The position numbers and the translations under genes were made by a program. Positions 38,083 through 47,615 of a stretch of 64,000 nucleotides of DNA are shown piece after piece. Under the pieces are notes generated by a model. The model was not told the DNA's origin and ran no database searches. It was given only the letters and a program-made list of their open reading frames with translations. Source of the stretch: Trueperaceae bacterium (lineage in GTDB: Bacteria > Deinococcota > Deinococci > Deinococcales > Trueperaceae); the NCBI GenBank assembly GCA_965215355.1, contig CBDCDJ010000007.1:2570285-2634284 (forward strand). The letters are read 5' to 3'. Numbering within the stretch: the stretch's first letter is position 1; each line of letters opens with the position of its first letter.

Positions 38083-40137
38083 ATGACAAACTATCGGTTG
38101 CCGACCTTGCTACACGGCGCAGACTACAACTACGAGCAGTGGCTCGAGTACCCGCACGTTCTCGGCGAAGACTTCCGGCTGTTCAAAAAAGCCGGCATCA
38201 ACGCGCTCAGCATCGGGATTTTCGCTTGGTCGAGGCTCGAGCCGAGCGAGGGTGAGTACACTTTCGGCTGGCTCGACGAGCTTATGGAGCAGCTTGCGGC
38301 ACAAGGCATCTACGCTATTCTGGCGACGCCGAGCGGCGCGCGCCCCGCCTGGTTGTCCGAGGCTTATCCCGAAGTTTTGCAGATGAACGCCGCGGGTGTG
38401 CGCGCGCCCCACGCAGGACGGCACAACCACTGCCGCACCTCGCCCGTGTACCGCGACAAGTGTCGGGCCATCAACCGGAAACTCGCCGAGCGTTACGGTT
38501 ACCACCCAACTCTGCTGATGTGGCACGTTTCGAACGAGTACGGGGCGGGGCCGTGTCACTGCAGTTTGTGTTATGAGGCGTTCCAGGCGTGGCTGAAGGA
38601 GCGCTACGGCAGCCTGGACGCGCTCAACCACGCCTGGTGGAGCACGTTCTGGAGCCACCGCTACACGGTCTGGGAGCAAATAAAACCTGTTGACGCGTCC
38701 GTTCACGGCCTTATGCTCGACTGGCAGCGTTTTACCAGCGACCAGACCTTAGAGTTTTTCTTGGCCGAGAGCGCGCCGCTCCGCGAACTGACCCCCGACA
38801 CGCCCGTGACGACAAACTTCATGCAGCCGGACGTGGGCCTCGACTACTGGAGTTTTGCTCCACACGTCGACATCGTTTCCTGGGACAGCTATCCCCGCTG
38901 GCACCTGGAAGCGGACGCGCAGACGGCGCAGCGGACGGCGTTTTACCACGACCTGCACCGCAGCTACAAACGTCAGCCTTTCATGCTGATGGAGTCCACC
39001 CCGTCGGTCACGAATTGGCAGGGCGTGAGCCGTCCCAAACGGCCCGGCATGCACCTGTTGTCGTCGTTACAGGCTGTGGCGCACGGTTCGGACACGGTGC
39101 AGTATTTTCAGTGGCGACAGGGGCGGGGCGGCTCGGAGAAGTTCCACGGGGCGGTTGTCACGCACTTGGGCGGCGAACACACCCGCGTCTTCCGCGAGGT
39201 GAGCGAGGTGGGGGCACGCCTCAAGGCATTGGACGGCGTGCGCGGCGCGGAAGTGCGAGCGCAAGCCGCCGTCATCTACGACTTCGAGAACGAATGGGCG
39301 CTGAACCACGCCCAGTTGCCGCAAAACGAGGCCAAGAATTACCAGGCGCGCTGCATTGCCCACTACGGCGCGTTGTGGCGTCGCGGCGTCGCCACCGACA
39401 TCGTCAACGCCGACTTCGGCCCTTACAAGCTCCTCGTCGCGCCGATGCTCTACATGTTCAGGCCAGGGGTGGCGGAGCGGCTCGAGCACTTCGTCCAGGC
39501 AGGCGGCGTGCTGCTGACAACCTACCTGAGCGGCATCGTTGATGAGAGCGACCTCTGCTTCTTGGGCGGGTTTCCCGAGCCTCTGCGCCGCACGCTCGGC
39601 TTGTGGGTCGAGGAGACCGATACTTTTGTCGAGCCGGACGCGCAGCGTGTAAGGCCCCTGGACGCCGCGCCCTTCCCGTTGCCGGAAGCGGGCTGCGGGC
39701 ACTACGCCGACATCGTTCGCTTAGAGTCCGCCCAACCTCTCGCCGCATACGGCAAAGAGTTCTATGGAGGCAGCCCCGCCTTGAGCGTGAACGAGCACGG
39801 CGACGGCGAAGCTTATTACCTGGCGACGCGCCCCGACGACACGTTCCTAGACGCGCTCTACGCGGGTCTTGTCGAGCGGTGCAGGCTTGCTGCGACGCCC
39901 GAGGCGTTGCCGGAAGGTGTGTCGGTGCAGGTCCGTCATGGTGATGAGGGAACGTTCGTCTTCGTCATGAACTTTTCGGGTGAAGAAAGGACGCTTGACG
40001 GGGGAATACTCGAGCCCTTCGGCATTTCTCAAAACAAGAAGGTCACGCTGCCCGCTTACGGCATTGAGATTTTGCAGGTGAGTGAAAGTAATTCGGCAGA
40101 GGAGGTGAGGCTCGAGCGTACCTTGACGAGTTCGTAA
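38083..40137 (+). CDS. Beta-galactosidase, glycoside hydrolase family 42.
   Basis: 684-aa ORF with a GH42 N-terminal TIM barrel (…WHVSNEYG…CHC…C zinc site…), trimerisation and C-terminal domains. Confidence 0.9.
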   Translation: MTNYRLPTLLHGADYNYEQWLEYPHVLGEDFRLFKKAGINALSIGIFAWSRLEPSEGEYTFGWLDELMEQLAAQGIYAILATPSGARPAWLSEAYPEVLQMNAAGVRAPHAGRHNHCRTSPVYRDKCRAINRKLAERYGYHPTLLMWHVSNEYGAGPCHCSLCYEAFQAWLKERYGSLDALNHAWWSTFWSHRYTVWEQIKPVDASVHGLMLDWQRFTSDQTLEFFLAESAPLRELTPDTPVTTNFMQPDVGLDYWSFAPHVDIVSWDSYPRWHLEADAQTAQRTAFYHDLHRSYKRQPFMLMESTPSVTNWQGVSRPKRPGMHLLSSLQAVAHGSDTVQYFQWRQGRGGSEKFHGAVVTHLGGEHTRVFREVSEVGARLKALDGVRGAEVRAQAAVIYDFENEWALNHAQLPQNEAKNYQARCIAHYGALWRRGVATDIVNADFGPYKLLVAPMLYMFRPGVAERLEHFVQAGGVLLTTYLSGIVDESDLCFLGGFPEPLRRTLGLWVEETDTFVEPDAQRVRPLDAAPFPLPEAGCGHYADIVRLESAQPLAAYGKEFYGGSPALSVNEHGDGEAYYLATRPDDTFLDALYAGLVERCRLAATPEALPEGVSVQVRHGDEGTFVFVMNFSGEERTLDGGILEPFGISQNKKVTLPAYGIEILQVSESNSAEEVRLERTLTSS

Positions 40138-40195
40138 ACAAGTAGAAACGTGTTGTTTTGGTGGCAGGAGCCACGCATAAGGGAGGTGAAAAACT

Positions 40196-41416
40196 ATGTT
40201 CAAACTGACTGTAAGTCTTGTAGCGACACTACTTTTTCTGACGGCGCATGACGACGGCGTTGCGTTCGGTCAAGCGGCTATGCAAGAAAACACACTCGGC
40301 CAGTTTATCCGCGGCGTGGACGTGAGTTCGCTGACGAAAGTCGAAGACCGGGGCGTCACCTTTTATGACAAGGGCGTACAAGAAGACCCCATGACGATTC
40401 TGTGGGGTTACGGCGCGAACCTCGTGCGCCTGCGGGCTTTCGTGAACCCCAAGGACTTGGGCGGCTACAACGACACCGCCGACACGGTGGCGCTGGCGCA
40501 ACGTGCCAAACGCGCGGGCATGGACGTTTTGCTCGACCTGCACTATTCCGACTTTTGGGCTGACCCCGGCAAGCAGTATAAGCCGACCGCCTGGGAAGGT
40601 TTGAGTACCGACGAACTCGTCACCGCCGTGTACGACTACACGCACGACATTCTGACCACCATGCTCGAGGCGAACGTGGCCCCCGACATGGTTCAGATTG
40701 GCAACGAAATCCAGGGCGGCCTGCTGTGGCCGGACGGTAAGACCTACGATGACGGCGGAGAGGGAGCAGGGCTGTTTCCCGTTACGGCTGAACTTCTGAG
40801 CGCGGGCATTTCTGCCACGCGCGACGTGCTCGGCGACAAAGTCGAAATCGTCCTCCACCTCGCCGACGGCGGCGACAACGGCCTCTACCGCTGGTGGTTC
40901 GACGAAATCACCAAGAACGGCGTGACCGACTTCGACATCATCGGTTTGTCTTACTACCCTTACTGGCACGGTACGCTTGAAGCGCTCGCCTACAACTTGA
41001 ACGACATCAGCCAACGCTACGACAAAGACGTGCTCGTGGTCGAAACCGCCTACGGCTTTACCTTAGAGAGCTTCGACAGCCTGCCGAACACCTTCGGTCA
41101 GGCGCAAGCGGACGCCGCCGGTTACGAGGTGAGCCCGGCGGGGCAGGCGGCCTTTATGGGCGACCTCACCGAGGTCATCCTGAACGTCGAGGACGGGCGC
41201 GGACGCGGCTTCGTGTACTGGGAGCCAACCTGGCTGGCGGTGCCGTTCGACACCCTCTCGGAAAGCACCGGCTGGTGCTTCGACGAGGGCTACGGCTACT
41301 GCGAGCCCGAATACCCCGGCAACGCCTGGGAGAACCAAGCCCTGTTCGACTTCGGCGGCAACGCTCTGGAGTCGCTCGAAGCCTTCAAAGCCTCATCCAT
41401 CGCAAAACGCAATTAA
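40196..41416 (+). CDS. Arabinogalactan endo-beta-1,4-galactanase, GH53.
   Basis: 406-aa ORF with a signal peptide and GH53 motifs (…VQIGNEI…, …YWEPTW…). Confidence 0.85.
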   Translation: MFKLTVSLVATLLFLTAHDDGVAFGQAAMQENTLGQFIRGVDVSSLTKVEDRGVTFYDKGVQEDPMTILWGYGANLVRLRAFVNPKDLGGYNDTADTVALAQRAKRAGMDVLLDLHYSDFWADPGKQYKPTAWEGLSTDELVTAVYDYTHDILTTMLEANVAPDMVQIGNEIQGGLLWPDGKTYDDGGEGAGLFPVTAELLSAGISATRDVLGDKVEIVLHLADGGDNGLYRWWFDEITKNGVTDFDIIGLSYYPYWHGTLEALAYNLNDISQRYDKDVLVVETAYGFTLESFDSLPNTFGQAQADAAGYEVSPAGQAAFMGDLTEVILNVEDGRGRGFVYWEPTWLAVPFDTLSESTGWCFDEGYGYCEPEYPGNAWENQALFDFGGNALESLEAFKASSIAKRN

Positions 41417-41437
41417 AGAGAAAAGAAAGGACACACC

Positions 41438-42625
41438 ATGAAACGTTTTTTACTGACCCTACTGTTCGCCCTGCTCGGCTCGAGTTTGGCCCAGTCGCTC
41501 ACCGTCTGGACGCACTTCCAGAACGAGAGTCTGGCCTGGCTCGAGCAAGAAGCCGCCGCCTTTCAGGCCGCCTTCGGCGTTGAAGTGGAACTCGTCTACG
41601 TGCCGATTAACGAAATCGTCCAGAACATGCTGCTGAACGCGCCCGAGGGCCAGGGGCCGGACCTCGTCGTGACCATTCCGCACGACCAGCTGGGGCAACT
41701 GGCGCAGGGCGGCGTGCTCGCCGACATGGGGAGCTACGCGACGGACGCATACGTCACCGACCTCACCGAGCAGTCGCGCCTCGCTTTTACCCTCAACGGA
41801 CGGCTGTTCGGCTTGCCCATGTACGTGGACGGCGTAGCTTTGATCGTGAACCGCGCCCTCGTGCCGGAGGGTCCCGACACGTTTGAAGGGATGCTGCAGA
41901 CCGCGCAGGACCTCACCACCGACGACACCTTCGGATTTTTGGAAGTGCAAGACGGGGACACCTTTTATCACAACTTTCCCTACATCAACGCCTACGGCGG
42001 CTACGTCTTCGGTCGCGACGCCGAGGGGAACTTGAACCCCGACGACGTCGGCCTGGCGAACGAGGGCAGCGTCCGGGCGGCCGAACTCATCCGCAGCCTG
42101 CGCTACGACTACGGTTTGATTCCGCCCGGCGTGAACTACGACATCATGCACGGCCAGTTTTTAGAGGGCACCACGGCGATGGTCGTCAACGGCCCCTGGG
42201 CGATTCCCGACTACGTGGCGGCCGGCATCGACGTGGACGTGATGCCGATTCCGCCGAGCGAAGACGGCACGAGTTTCGCCGGCTTCATGGGCGTGCAGGG
42301 CGTCGTCATGAACGAGTTTTCCACGAACAAACTGAGCGCCGCAAACCTCGCCAAGTGGCTCATCCGCGCCGACGCGCAAGCTTCCTTGGCCGAGGCGAGC
42401 GGACGCATCCCGGCTTCGCAGAGCGCCGCCGCACAGGTCGGTGACAACCCGGTCATCGCCGGTTTCGCCGCGGCCCTCGCCGACGCCGTGCCGATGCCGA
42501 ACATCCCCGAGATGGGCAACGTCTGGACGCCCATGCAGACCGCCTTCTCGCTCATCATGGAGAGCCCCGACTCCGACGTTTCGGCGATTCTCGAGGCCGC
42601 CGTCAACGAAATTCGCGGCGAGTAA
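41438..42625 (+). CDS. Maltodextrin/galacto-oligosaccharide-type ABC substrate-binding protein (MalE/CycB family).
   Basis: 395-aa ORF with a signal peptide and MalE-like fold signatures. Confidence 0.85.
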   Translation: MKRFLLTLLFALLGSSLAQSLTVWTHFQNESLAWLEQEAAAFQAAFGVEVELVYVPINEIVQNMLLNAPEGQGPDLVVTIPHDQLGQLAQGGVLADMGSYATDAYVTDLTEQSRLAFTLNGRLFGLPMYVDGVALIVNRALVPEGPDTFEGMLQTAQDLTTDDTFGFLEVQDGDTFYHNFPYINAYGGYVFGRDAEGNLNPDDVGLANEGSVRAAELIRSLRYDYGLIPPGVNYDIMHGQFLEGTTAMVVNGPWAIPDYVAAGIDVDVMPIPPSEDGTSFAGFMGVQGVVMNEFSTNKLSAANLAKWLIRADAQASLAEASGRIPASQSAAAQVGDNPVIAGFAAALADAVPMPNIPEMGNVWTPMQTAFSLIMESPDSDVSAILEAAVNEIRGE

Positions 42626-42632
42626 CCAAAAA

Positions 42633-42659
42633 GACCACGGGTGAACGTCACCCGTGGTC
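42633..42659 (+). promoter_or_regulatory. Intercistronic 12-bp perfect stem-loop (gaccacgggtga-acg-tcacccgtggtc) after the SBP gene.
   Basis: Read directly. There is no U-tract. It is analogous to the hairpin at 19395-19420. Confidence 0.5.
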
Positions 42660-42832
42660 ACCTCACACACAGTCCTCTCTCAGCCAGTCACTTCTACTCT
42701 ATTTTAAGAAACCGCCAGGTGTAAGCCATAGACATTTCACGTAGTATCAAAGATTTCCTGCCCCGACGAGACGGCGGTGCCAGCCTCTGGGCCTCGCTGC
42801 TGCTGCTCTTTTCAGCACTGTGCGCCGCTACG

Positions 42833-44326
42833 GTGGCGGCGGTCGGTGGCCTTCTGCTCATCTGGCGTGTCGCGCCTGAGGTCAGTCCGTTGGTCGGTGT
42901 CGTGGTCGGGCTGGTTGTTTTCGTCCTGCTGCTCGTGTGGCTGGCGCGGCACTTCGGCTGGCTCGTGCCCTGGTACTACCTGCTGCCCGCTATTTTGTTT
43001 CTGATTACCTTTACCCTGATGCCCGTCGGGCTGACGGTGGTTCTCGCCTTTACCGACTACGCCGGGGTTCGCAACACGCAGCTCAACCCCACCACCCAGG
43101 TGAGCATCGTCGAGGCGGCCGGGGAGCGCGTGGTGGTGGAGAATGTAGGCGCGCTGCAGTGCGCGGCGCTGCACAACGGCTGCGACGGCGTTCGGGTCCG
43201 GCTCTACGCTTCGGGGCAAGTCACGGCCGCAGGTGTAAGCCTCACGGACACCACTTTGACCCTCGCAGAGCCCTTGCCCGAGGGGCAGACGGTCACCGCC
43301 GTCGGCCTCACTCTCAGCGATTTCGGTATGGAAGCGCAGTTTCCCGTCGTCTCCGTTGACGGCGCAACCCTGACGCTGGGCCGCGCGCCGCCCGGCGCGG
43401 TCGATTTGGAGTCGGTGACGCTCGAGCTGGCGGGCGAGAGTCTCGAGCGCAAAATAGCAAACGTGCAGGACAATATCCTGACCCTGACCGAAGCGTTGCC
43501 CGCAGACCTCTCTTACACCGCGCTGGCCCGCTACAACGATTTTAGTTGGGTGGGGTTTGAAAACTTCCGCACGATTTTGCGTCAGGCGGGGCAGTCTCTG
43601 TTGCCGGTATTCGTCTGGACGCTTCTTTTTGCCACCCTGACCGTCATCCTCAACATCGGGGTGGGCGTGTTTTTGGCGGTTTTGCTGAACGACCCCACCA
43701 TGCCGCTGCGCAACCTCTACCGCACCCTTTTGATTGTGCCCTGGGCGCTGCCCGGCATCATCACCATTCAGGTTTGGCGGGGGTTGCTCAACTACAACTT
43801 CGGGGCGGTCAACCGAGTTATGGCGCTGCTGGGGCTGCCCGCCGTCGACTGGCTCGGCGACCCTTTGGCGGCGAAGGGCGCGGTTTTGTTCGTCAACCTC
43901 TGGCTCAGCTTTCCCTTTATGATGGTCGCCACGTTAGGGGCGCTCTCGGCCATCCCCGACGAACTCTACGAGGCCGCCCGCATCGACGGCGCGTCGGCCT
44001 GGCAGAGTTTTTGGGGCGTGACCGCGCCGCTTCTGCGCAGCGCGCTCGTGCCGATTGCGTTGACGAGTTTTGCGCTCAGCTTCAACAACTTCAACCTTAT
44101 TTTTTTGCTGACTGACGGGGGACCGGCTTATGCCGGGGGTACTTCGACGGCAAGGGCGACCGACATTCTCATTTCCTGGGCCTACAACGAAGCTTTTCGC
44201 TCGCAGGGCGGCTTCGCCTACGGTCTCGGCTCGGCCATTTCCATACTCATTTTCGTGATTACACTCGCGGTGAGCCTGCTCAACTTCCGCGTGACGGGGG
44301 CGCTCAAGGAGGAGGGTGTGCGGTGA
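42833..44326 (+). CDS. Carbohydrate ABC permease, MalF-like with a large periplasmic loop.
   Basis: 497-aa ORF with multiple TM helices and EAA loop (…EAARIDGAS…). The TTG start is uncertain. Confidence 0.85.
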   Translation: MAAVGGLLLIWRVAPEVSPLVGVVVGLVVFVLLLVWLARHFGWLVPWYYLLPAILFLITFTLMPVGLTVVLAFTDYAGVRNTQLNPTTQVSIVEAAGERVVVENVGALQCAALHNGCDGVRVRLYASGQVTAAGVSLTDTTLTLAEPLPEGQTVTAVGLTLSDFGMEAQFPVVSVDGATLTLGRAPPGAVDLESVTLELAGESLERKIANVQDNILTLTEALPADLSYTALARYNDFSWVGFENFRTILRQAGQSLLPVFVWTLLFATLTVILNIGVGVFLAVLLNDPTMPLRNLYRTLLIVPWALPGIITIQVWRGLLNYNFGAVNRVMALLGLPAVDWLGDPLAAKGAVLFVNLWLSFPFMMVATLGALSAIPDELYEAARIDGASAWQSFWGVTAPLLRSALVPIALTSFALSFNNFNLIFLLTDGGPAYAGGTSTARATDILISWAYNEAFRSQGGFAYGLGSAISILIFVITLAVSLLNFRVTGALKEEGVR

Positions 44327-45612
44327 CGAAACGGTTTATAGGTCTTGTGACGGTTCTTATAATGACGGGCTCAGGGCCGGCCGCGGCGCAGCAGGATCGC
44401 TTTCTCTTTGTACCTTACGGCTGGCTCTGGTTTCTGGTCGGCTTTGCCGGGGTCGCCGGTCTGGTCGCCGCAGCGAGCTACCTGTACGGCCGCGCCACCC
44501 GACCCGCCAAAGCGCGGCGCTACGCGCTTGCGTCCGTGAAGCACGTCGTTATCTGGGTCGCCATTCTGGCAACGCTCTACCCGGTCATCTACCTTGTCGG
44601 CGTGTCCTTCAACCGCAACAACGCGCTCGCCGCCGTGCCGCCCAGAGAGGGCAACCTCTTGGTTCGCTCCGGGGTCGTTCCCGACCCGGCGGACTTGTCG
44701 CTGATTCAATACACGCGCGTGCTGAGTGAGAGCCATCTCTACACCTATCAGTGGGCGCTGTTGGCCGTCGTCGCGGTTGCGGCTTTTGTCTTCGTAGCGC
44801 TGAAGCTGTGGCGACGTTATGCCCCGCGAACGGATAGTCTGACAAAGGTCGGTGGAGTTTCCGGTTGGGTGTTAATCGCGGGCGTGCTCATCCTTTTGGT
44901 GAGTTTGGGTCCCGACCAATTTTACAGCGTCGGGGCCGACGGGGGGCGGTTGCGGGCCTCGAGCGGCGGCATGATGGTGCTCTACATCAGGAACACGCTG
45001 CTCGTCTCGACCGTCACCGGCCTGTTCGCGGTGCTCTTGAGCACCACCGCCGGGTACGCCTTCGCGCGGCTGCGCTTCGAGGGGCGCTACGGCACGCTGC
45101 TGACCTTTGTCTTCGCCCAGATGTTTCCGAGCTTCATGGCGCTGGTCGCCATCTTTTACCTCATGAACTATCTCGGGCTGCTCAACACCTACACCGGGCT
45201 GATTTTGGCTTATTCGGGCGGCGCGATTGCCTTTTCGTCGTGGATTTTCAAAGGCTATTTGGAGTCCATCTCCCCAAGTCTGGAAGAGGCTGCGATGGTC
45301 GACGGGGCGACGCGCTGGGCTGCGTTCTGGCGCATCATCTTGCCCATCAGCGTGCCGATGCTGCTGTTTATTTTCTTGTTACAGTTCATCGGCACCTACA
45401 GCGAATTCATTTTGGCGAACATCATTCTGACCTCGAACGACAAGTGGACCGTCGGCCTGGGTTTGCGCGCGCTGGCGTCCAACGCGCTCGCCACGGAGTG
45501 GGGCACCTTGGCGGCCAGCGCGGTGTTGGGCAGCCTGCCCATTCTCATCATCTTTTACTCGTTCCAGAACGCTTTTACGGGGCAATACACGGCGGGCGGG
45601 GTCAAGGGTTAG
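44323..45612 (+). CDS. Carbohydrate ABC permease, MalG-like with an N-terminal extension.
   Basis: 429-aa ORF; the MalG core is preceded by an extra TM segment of about 100-140 aa. EAA loop …EAAMVDGAT… is present. Confidence 0.85.
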   Translation: MTKRFIGLVTVLIMTGSGPAAAQQDRFLFVPYGWLWFLVGFAGVAGLVAAASYLYGRATRPAKARRYALASVKHVVIWVAILATLYPVIYLVGVSFNRNNALAAVPPREGNLLVRSGVVPDPADLSLIQYTRVLSESHLYTYQWALLAVVAVAAFVFVALKLWRRYAPRTDSLTKVGGVSGWVLIAGVLILLVSLGPDQFYSVGADGGRLRASSGGMMVLYIRNTLLVSTVTGLFAVLLSTTAGYAFARLRFEGRYGTLLTFVFAQMFPSFMALVAIFYLMNYLGLLNTYTGLILAYSGGAIAFSSWIFKGYLESISPSLEEAAMVDGATRWAAFWRIILPISVPMLLFIFLLQFIGTYSEFILANIILTSNDKWTVGLGLRALASNALATEWGTLAASAVLGSLPILIIFYSFQNAFTGQYTAGGVKG

Positions 45613-45678
45613 GAGTAATACCAACATGATTTTGTCACGTCACAGTCTGAACAGGTCTGAGATAATGCGCTCCGCGCA

Positions 45679-45711
45679 GATTTACAGATGTCATCATGGC
45701 ATCTGTAAATC
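45679..45711. promoter_or_regulatory. Perfect 12-bp inverted repeat GATTTACAGATG-N9-CATCTGTAAATC; candidate operator.
   Basis: Read directly in the 265-bp intergenic region upstream of the Yip1-like gene. Confidence 0.4.
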
Positions 45712-45878
45712 ACTCTGGTATCACCTACGCGCGGTCGAGACTTGGCAAAGCAGGTTTTGATATACTTCCTCTCGCCCCCGACACTGTAGGATTGCCCCTC
45801 GTCACGGCCGGGTGTGGCAGGATTTAATAAACTCTGAGGGGGAGGTCGACTCGGCTTCCCGCGGGGCACTCGGAGGCT

Positions 45879-46538
45879 ATGGACTTACGCGAACTTTTAC
45901 TGCAGGCTTTGCTACTCGACAAAAGCGCGTTTCTGACGGTTTACAAAGCGCCGGACGGCTCTTTTTTGGCGTTTGCGACCGTGCTTCTGGCAGGTATGGC
46001 GACGGCCCTCGGGCAAAGTGTGGTGCTGTTTGTCAACCAGGTCTCGCCGCGGCGCTTTGGCTTCACGGTGCTGGTGTCGTCGGCGCTGTATGTCTTCAAC
46101 TACCTCGTCTGGGCGCTGAGTTTGTGGGGCATCGGACGCTGGGTGTTCGGGAGCAGCGTGCCCCTGGAGCAAACGGTGCGCACCGTGGGTTTGGGCTACG
46201 CGCCGCTGCTGTTCAGTTTTCTGGCCTTCGTGCCGTTTTTCGGGGTGGGTTTGGGGTCGCTGTTGTCGCTGTGGAGTTTGCTCGCCATCGTGGTCGGGGC
46301 GCAGGTGGGTTTGGAGTTGCCGCTGTGGCAGGCCGCGCTCTGCGGCGGGTTGGGCTGGCTGGTGGTGCAACTCGTGCAGCGCACCGTGGGTCGTCCGCTC
46401 GTCACGCTCTCGAGCTGGCTGCGCGCTCGAGCCGCCGGGGTGGAGCGCATTCGCGAGGTGCTGGGGACCGAGGACTTAGTTGAAGAGTTGCTTGCGGAGC
46501 GCGGGCTGCAGGGCGAAGACGTGTCGGGAGCCGTTTGA
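45879..46538 (+). CDS. Yip1-like (DUF1282-type) multi-pass membrane protein.
   Basis: 219-aa ORF with 5 predicted TM helices. The family assignment is tentative. Confidence 0.5.
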   Translation: MDLRELLLQALLLDKSAFLTVYKAPDGSFLAFATVLLAGMATALGQSVVLFVNQVSPRRFGFTVLVSSALYVFNYLVWALSLWGIGRWVFGSSVPLEQTVRTVGLGYAPLLFSFLAFVPFFGVGLGSLLSLWSLLAIVVGAQVGLELPLWQAALCGGLGWLVVQLVQRTVGRPLVTLSSWLRARAAGVERIREVLGTEDLVEELLAERGLQGEDVSGAV

Positions 46539-47590
46539 TGCCGGGTCTGGCCGAGGCTGTCGGTTTTGTGCTCATCGTTTTCGTGGGTCTGTCCGCGGCT
46601 ATGTTGCTCGCGCCGTTGGAGGCGCTCGGCTGGTGGGCGGGCTGGTACAACGACGACGCCCACCCGTCGGTGCCAGGCGGGTTGAGTTCGCTTGAAGGAG
46701 ACTCGAGCACTAAGCCGAGAACGCACTACGTGGTGTTTTTGGACGGCGTCGCCAAGGCCACGCCGGAAAACTACAGCGACGTGCAAGACCTGTTGGACCG
46801 TTTAAGCGCCGCGCTGCCCGACGCCGCCGTGCTCGGCGACGTGTTGCCTTACGCGGTCTCGGGCGCGCCGCTCACCACGTCGCGGCCCCTGTCGCGCTTT
46901 TGGCGTTTTGCGCGCGAGCGCAAGCTCAGAGACGCCGCCAACCCGTTCGGTTTTTTAATCAACCTGCGCAACATTTTTCAGGTGCTCGTCTCGGCCGACA
47001 AGCGCTACGGCCCGATTTACCACCTCGGCGAAGCGCAGAGCATCATCAACGACCTGCTCAACCACGGCTACCGCCCCGGCTCGGGCGTGCCGATTACCTT
47101 GGTCGGCTTCAGCGGCGGCGCGCAGGTGGCGGCGGGCGTGACGCCGTTTTTAAAGCGCTTGCTGCGCGCGCCGGTCGACCTCGTCTCGCTCGGCGGGGTG
47201 ATAAGTGCGGACGCCGGACTCCTGGACGTGCGCTGGCTCTACCACCTGGCGGGCAGTAAAGACCCGGTGGAGCGCTTCAGCACGCTGCTGTTTCCGGGCC
47301 GCTGGGGTTTCGTGGCAAGCTCGAGCTGGAACCGCGCCAAGCGCCGCGGCAAGTTCACCTACATCCCGATGGGACCGATTCGGCACAACGGCGTGGGCAA
47401 TTACTTGGACGGGGCGAGTTTTTTGCCCAACGGCGAGTCCCACCTGAACCACACCGTCGACACGATTTTGAACATCTTGGAGCGCGGCGACGAGATTCGC
47501 AAACACCGGGTGCGGCGCGGCGGGGTGCGCTACCTTTACAAGGGCGGAACCGCCGCCCAAAACCGCAACCGCCTGAAGGGGAACGCATGA
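46535..47590 (+). CDS. Membrane-anchored alpha/beta-hydrolase-like protein of unknown function (GFSGG nucleophile-elbow motif).
   Basis: 351-aa ORF with an N-terminal TM helix and the G-F-S-G-G motif. It overlaps the upstream gene by 4 nt (ATGA). Confidence 0.45.
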   Translation: MMPGLAEAVGFVLIVFVGLSAAMLLAPLEALGWWAGWYNDDAHPSVPGGLSSLEGDSSTKPRTHYVVFLDGVAKATPENYSDVQDLLDRLSAALPDAAVLGDVLPYAVSGAPLTTSRPLSRFWRFARERKLRDAANPFGFLINLRNIFQVLVSADKRYGPIYHLGEAQSIINDLLNHGYRPGSGVPITLVGFSGGAQVAAGVTPFLKRLLRAPVDLVSLGGVISADAGLLDVRWLYHLAGSKDPVERFSTLLFPGRWGFVASSSWNRAKRRGKFTYIPMGPIRHNGVGNYLDGASFLPNGESHLNHTVDTILNILERGDEIRKHRVRRGGVRYLYKGGTAAQNRNRLKGNA

Positions 47591-47615
47591 CTGACTATCT
47601 ACCGAGGACACCCAC

